DNA of 64,000 nt from Nemertoderma westbladi (Eukaryota; Animalia; Xenacoelomorpha): assembly GCA_032718475.1 (NCBI GenBank), contig JAUCBJ010006656.1, positions 2,667-66,666 on the forward strand, read 5' to 3'. The notes under the pieces were generated by a model. It was not told where the DNA came from. It made no database searches and was given only the letters and a program-made list of their open reading frames with translations. Both the position numbers and the translations under genes were made by a program. Below, piece by piece: positions 62,411 through 64,000 of this stretch. How positions within the stretch are numbered: position 1 is the stretch's first letter; each line of letters begins with the position of its first letter.

Positions 62411-64000
62411 ATGTCTGACACTCAGCAAAACCTGTCAGACAGTCTGATCGATACAACTATCTGTGATTCAGATAGGAGTGTGGAGCGAATAAGAAAGGAG
62501 TTCGGCTCACCTCCTACTGTAAAAAAGGTCATCCCTCCAGTAGTATCAGACCCTAGGCTAGTCCACCATAGGTCCATCATAGGCACTCGGGCACAGGTAA
62601 AACGGGACCAAGAGGCAGTTGTCCTATCGCAGCAACATCTTGGTCAAGAACCTACTTCCCAGCGACCCGATAGCTCCAGCAGTTCGGATACTGTAGAGCT
62701 GACTCCCGAACATGGAGTGCAGATGGCTGATACAGTCTACTCGGACCCCCTTCTTACTCTTCCTGCTGCAGTGCTAACTACTATATTCATTGCGGTGGAG
62801 GAACATCAAGCCGACTGGGCGAAGAATAAGCGAGCGACCCAAGATAATTACGCGGGATACGCCAGGGAAGAATTGATATCTATTGTTGAATCACAATGGA
62901 ACTTTCCCGGACTCGGACTTCCGTTGGATATGTCCGAAGCTACTTGGGAAGATATACACAGGATGGGAGTGGCTAAAGATACAATGGATCCAGCTGTTTG
63001 GAAGAGGTCGGCAGCAGGATATGTGCAGGGATTCTTCGGATCTTTGGATCGATTGGAAGAACAACTGTTTCGACAACCGCACGGACCTCAAGAGCAGGAA
63101 GAACTGCTATATCAAATACGCGAAAGAACCCTACGCATACGACTAATCCTCTCAGCCTTTGAAGAAACTTCCAAAAGAAGACAGGACACGTCGCTGCAGG
63201 TTGCTGTCAAAACTTGGCTACATCGGGTAGATCTCAAAGTACAGGAAACGGCCCAGTGGAAATCCCAGCTGGCTGAGAGATCAACCTATGAAGAACCAAC
63301 TGATGTCACCCTTGCTCAAGCGGAAAGCGAAGAGGCCGCCGAGAAACCGCGAACTAGAGACGCTATCGACATTTATTTGTCCGACTATCAGCGATTCCTA
63401 GGAGACGAAGAGTTGAGGAGACGGCTGTCTGGACTTTCCCCTAATAGTGAAGGAACCAAGCTTGTGTTGGACTCAATCGATGCCGAAATGTTAGCTGCAA
63501 ACCAAGCTGAATGTGATGAAAAACTCCGCCTCACTAGAGTCCGAGAAGAACAAATAAAGAAAAGAAGGATAGAGGAACAAAAGGCGGCGGCTATGGCGGC
63601 GGCTATGGCTGAAGCAGAAGCAGAAAGAATAGCAGCAAGGGCAGCAGCGGCAGAAGCAGAAGCAAAAGGAAGGGCAGCGGCGGCAGAAGCAAAGGCGGAA
63701 AGGGCAGTGGCCGAAGCAGAACGGAGAGCCTCTGAGCAGACTACCCAACTGGAGTTGGAAAATCTGCAAGAGACACAAGACAGTATAAATAAACAGTTTA
63801 CTGCTAATCAAATGCAGATGATGAGAAAATCTACTCCCAAGCGCCAGGGATACACATCCTCGGAGGAAGGCGATACTACCGATCCTGAAGGCGGAGGAAA
63901 TAGGTCTCATCTAAGTAGGCGTAGAAAAACATATTACCGTCGCAAATTGCCTGATTTGCCCCCAGCTGTTAAAAGACAGCTAACTAGCACCGATTTAGGC
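62411..64000 (+). CDS. gag: Gag N-terminal extension of the sibling BEL element (530 codons, open to the window end)
   Basis: MSDTQQNLSDSLIDTTICDSD..VESQWNFPG..DPAVWKRSAAGY..DAIDIYLSDYQRFLGDEE..TPKRQGYTSSEEGDTTD; no stop before the window end, which likely explains its absence from the ORF track. Confidence 0.9.
   Translation, partial: MSDTQQNLSDSLIDTTICDSDRSVERIRKEFGSPPTVKKVIPPVVSDPRLVHHRSIIGTRAQVKRDQEAVVLSQQHLGQEPTSQRPDSSSSSDTVELTPEHGVQMADTVYSDPLLTLPAAVLTTIFIAVEEHQADWAKNKRATQDNYAGYAREELISIVESQWNFPGLGLPLDMSEATWEDIHRMGVAKDTMDPAVWKRSAAGYVQGFFGSLDRLEEQLFRQPHGPQEQEELLYQIRERTLRIRLILSAFEETSKRRQDTSLQVAVKTWLHRVDLKVQETAQWKSQLAERSTYEEPTDVTLAQAESEEAAEKPRTRDAIDIYLSDYQRFLGDEELRRRLSGLSPNSEGTKLVLDSIDAEMLAANQAECDEKLRLTRVREEQIKKRRIEEQKAAAMAAAMAEAEAERIAARAAAAEAEAKGRAAAAEAKAERAVAEAERRASEQTTQLELENLQETQDSINKQFTANQMQMMRKSTPKRQGYTSSEEGDTTDPEGGGNRSHLSRRRKTYYRRKLPDLPPAVKRQLTSTDLG

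Larger units (their letters stand above)
59054..64000 (+). mobile_element. Diverged sibling of BEL/Pao element 1 (5' LTR 59054-60252, leader, start of gag); runs off the window
   Basis: TGTAAAAGCTTTTG...GCGCGAACA LTR; leader collinear with 1462-3741; homologous gag. Confidence 0.92.

Overview
AT-rich animal (invertebrate-like) genomic window dominated by transposable elements; the organism cannot be identified from the sequence alone. It contains: (1) a complete, recently inserted BEL/Pao LTR retrotransposon (248-13053; ~1.2-kb near-identical LTRs, GTAAT target-site duplication) whose single intact ORF encodes a very long Gag plus protease, with RT, most of RNase H and integrase missing, and a diverged sibling starting at 59054; (2) two decayed Gypsy/Mag-like elements, one split by a ~4.8-kb inversion that also splits an RTE-X-like LINE; (3) nested RTE-like LINEs, SINE/MITE-like elements, minisatellites and a local segmental duplication; (4) one clear host gene, an intronless nAChR-like pentameric channel subunit lacking the Cys-loop cysteines, plus probable Ly6/three-finger-like and peptide-precursor exon remnants. 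Most striking: neither BEL/Pao element has a tRNA-type PBS. In each, the 11-12 nt directly after the 5' LTR are the exact reverse complement of a homologous site inside the same LTR, and the five differences between copies are all compensated. This points to Tf1-like self-priming in a BEL/Pao lineage. All calls come from reading the sequence by eye; no database searches were run.
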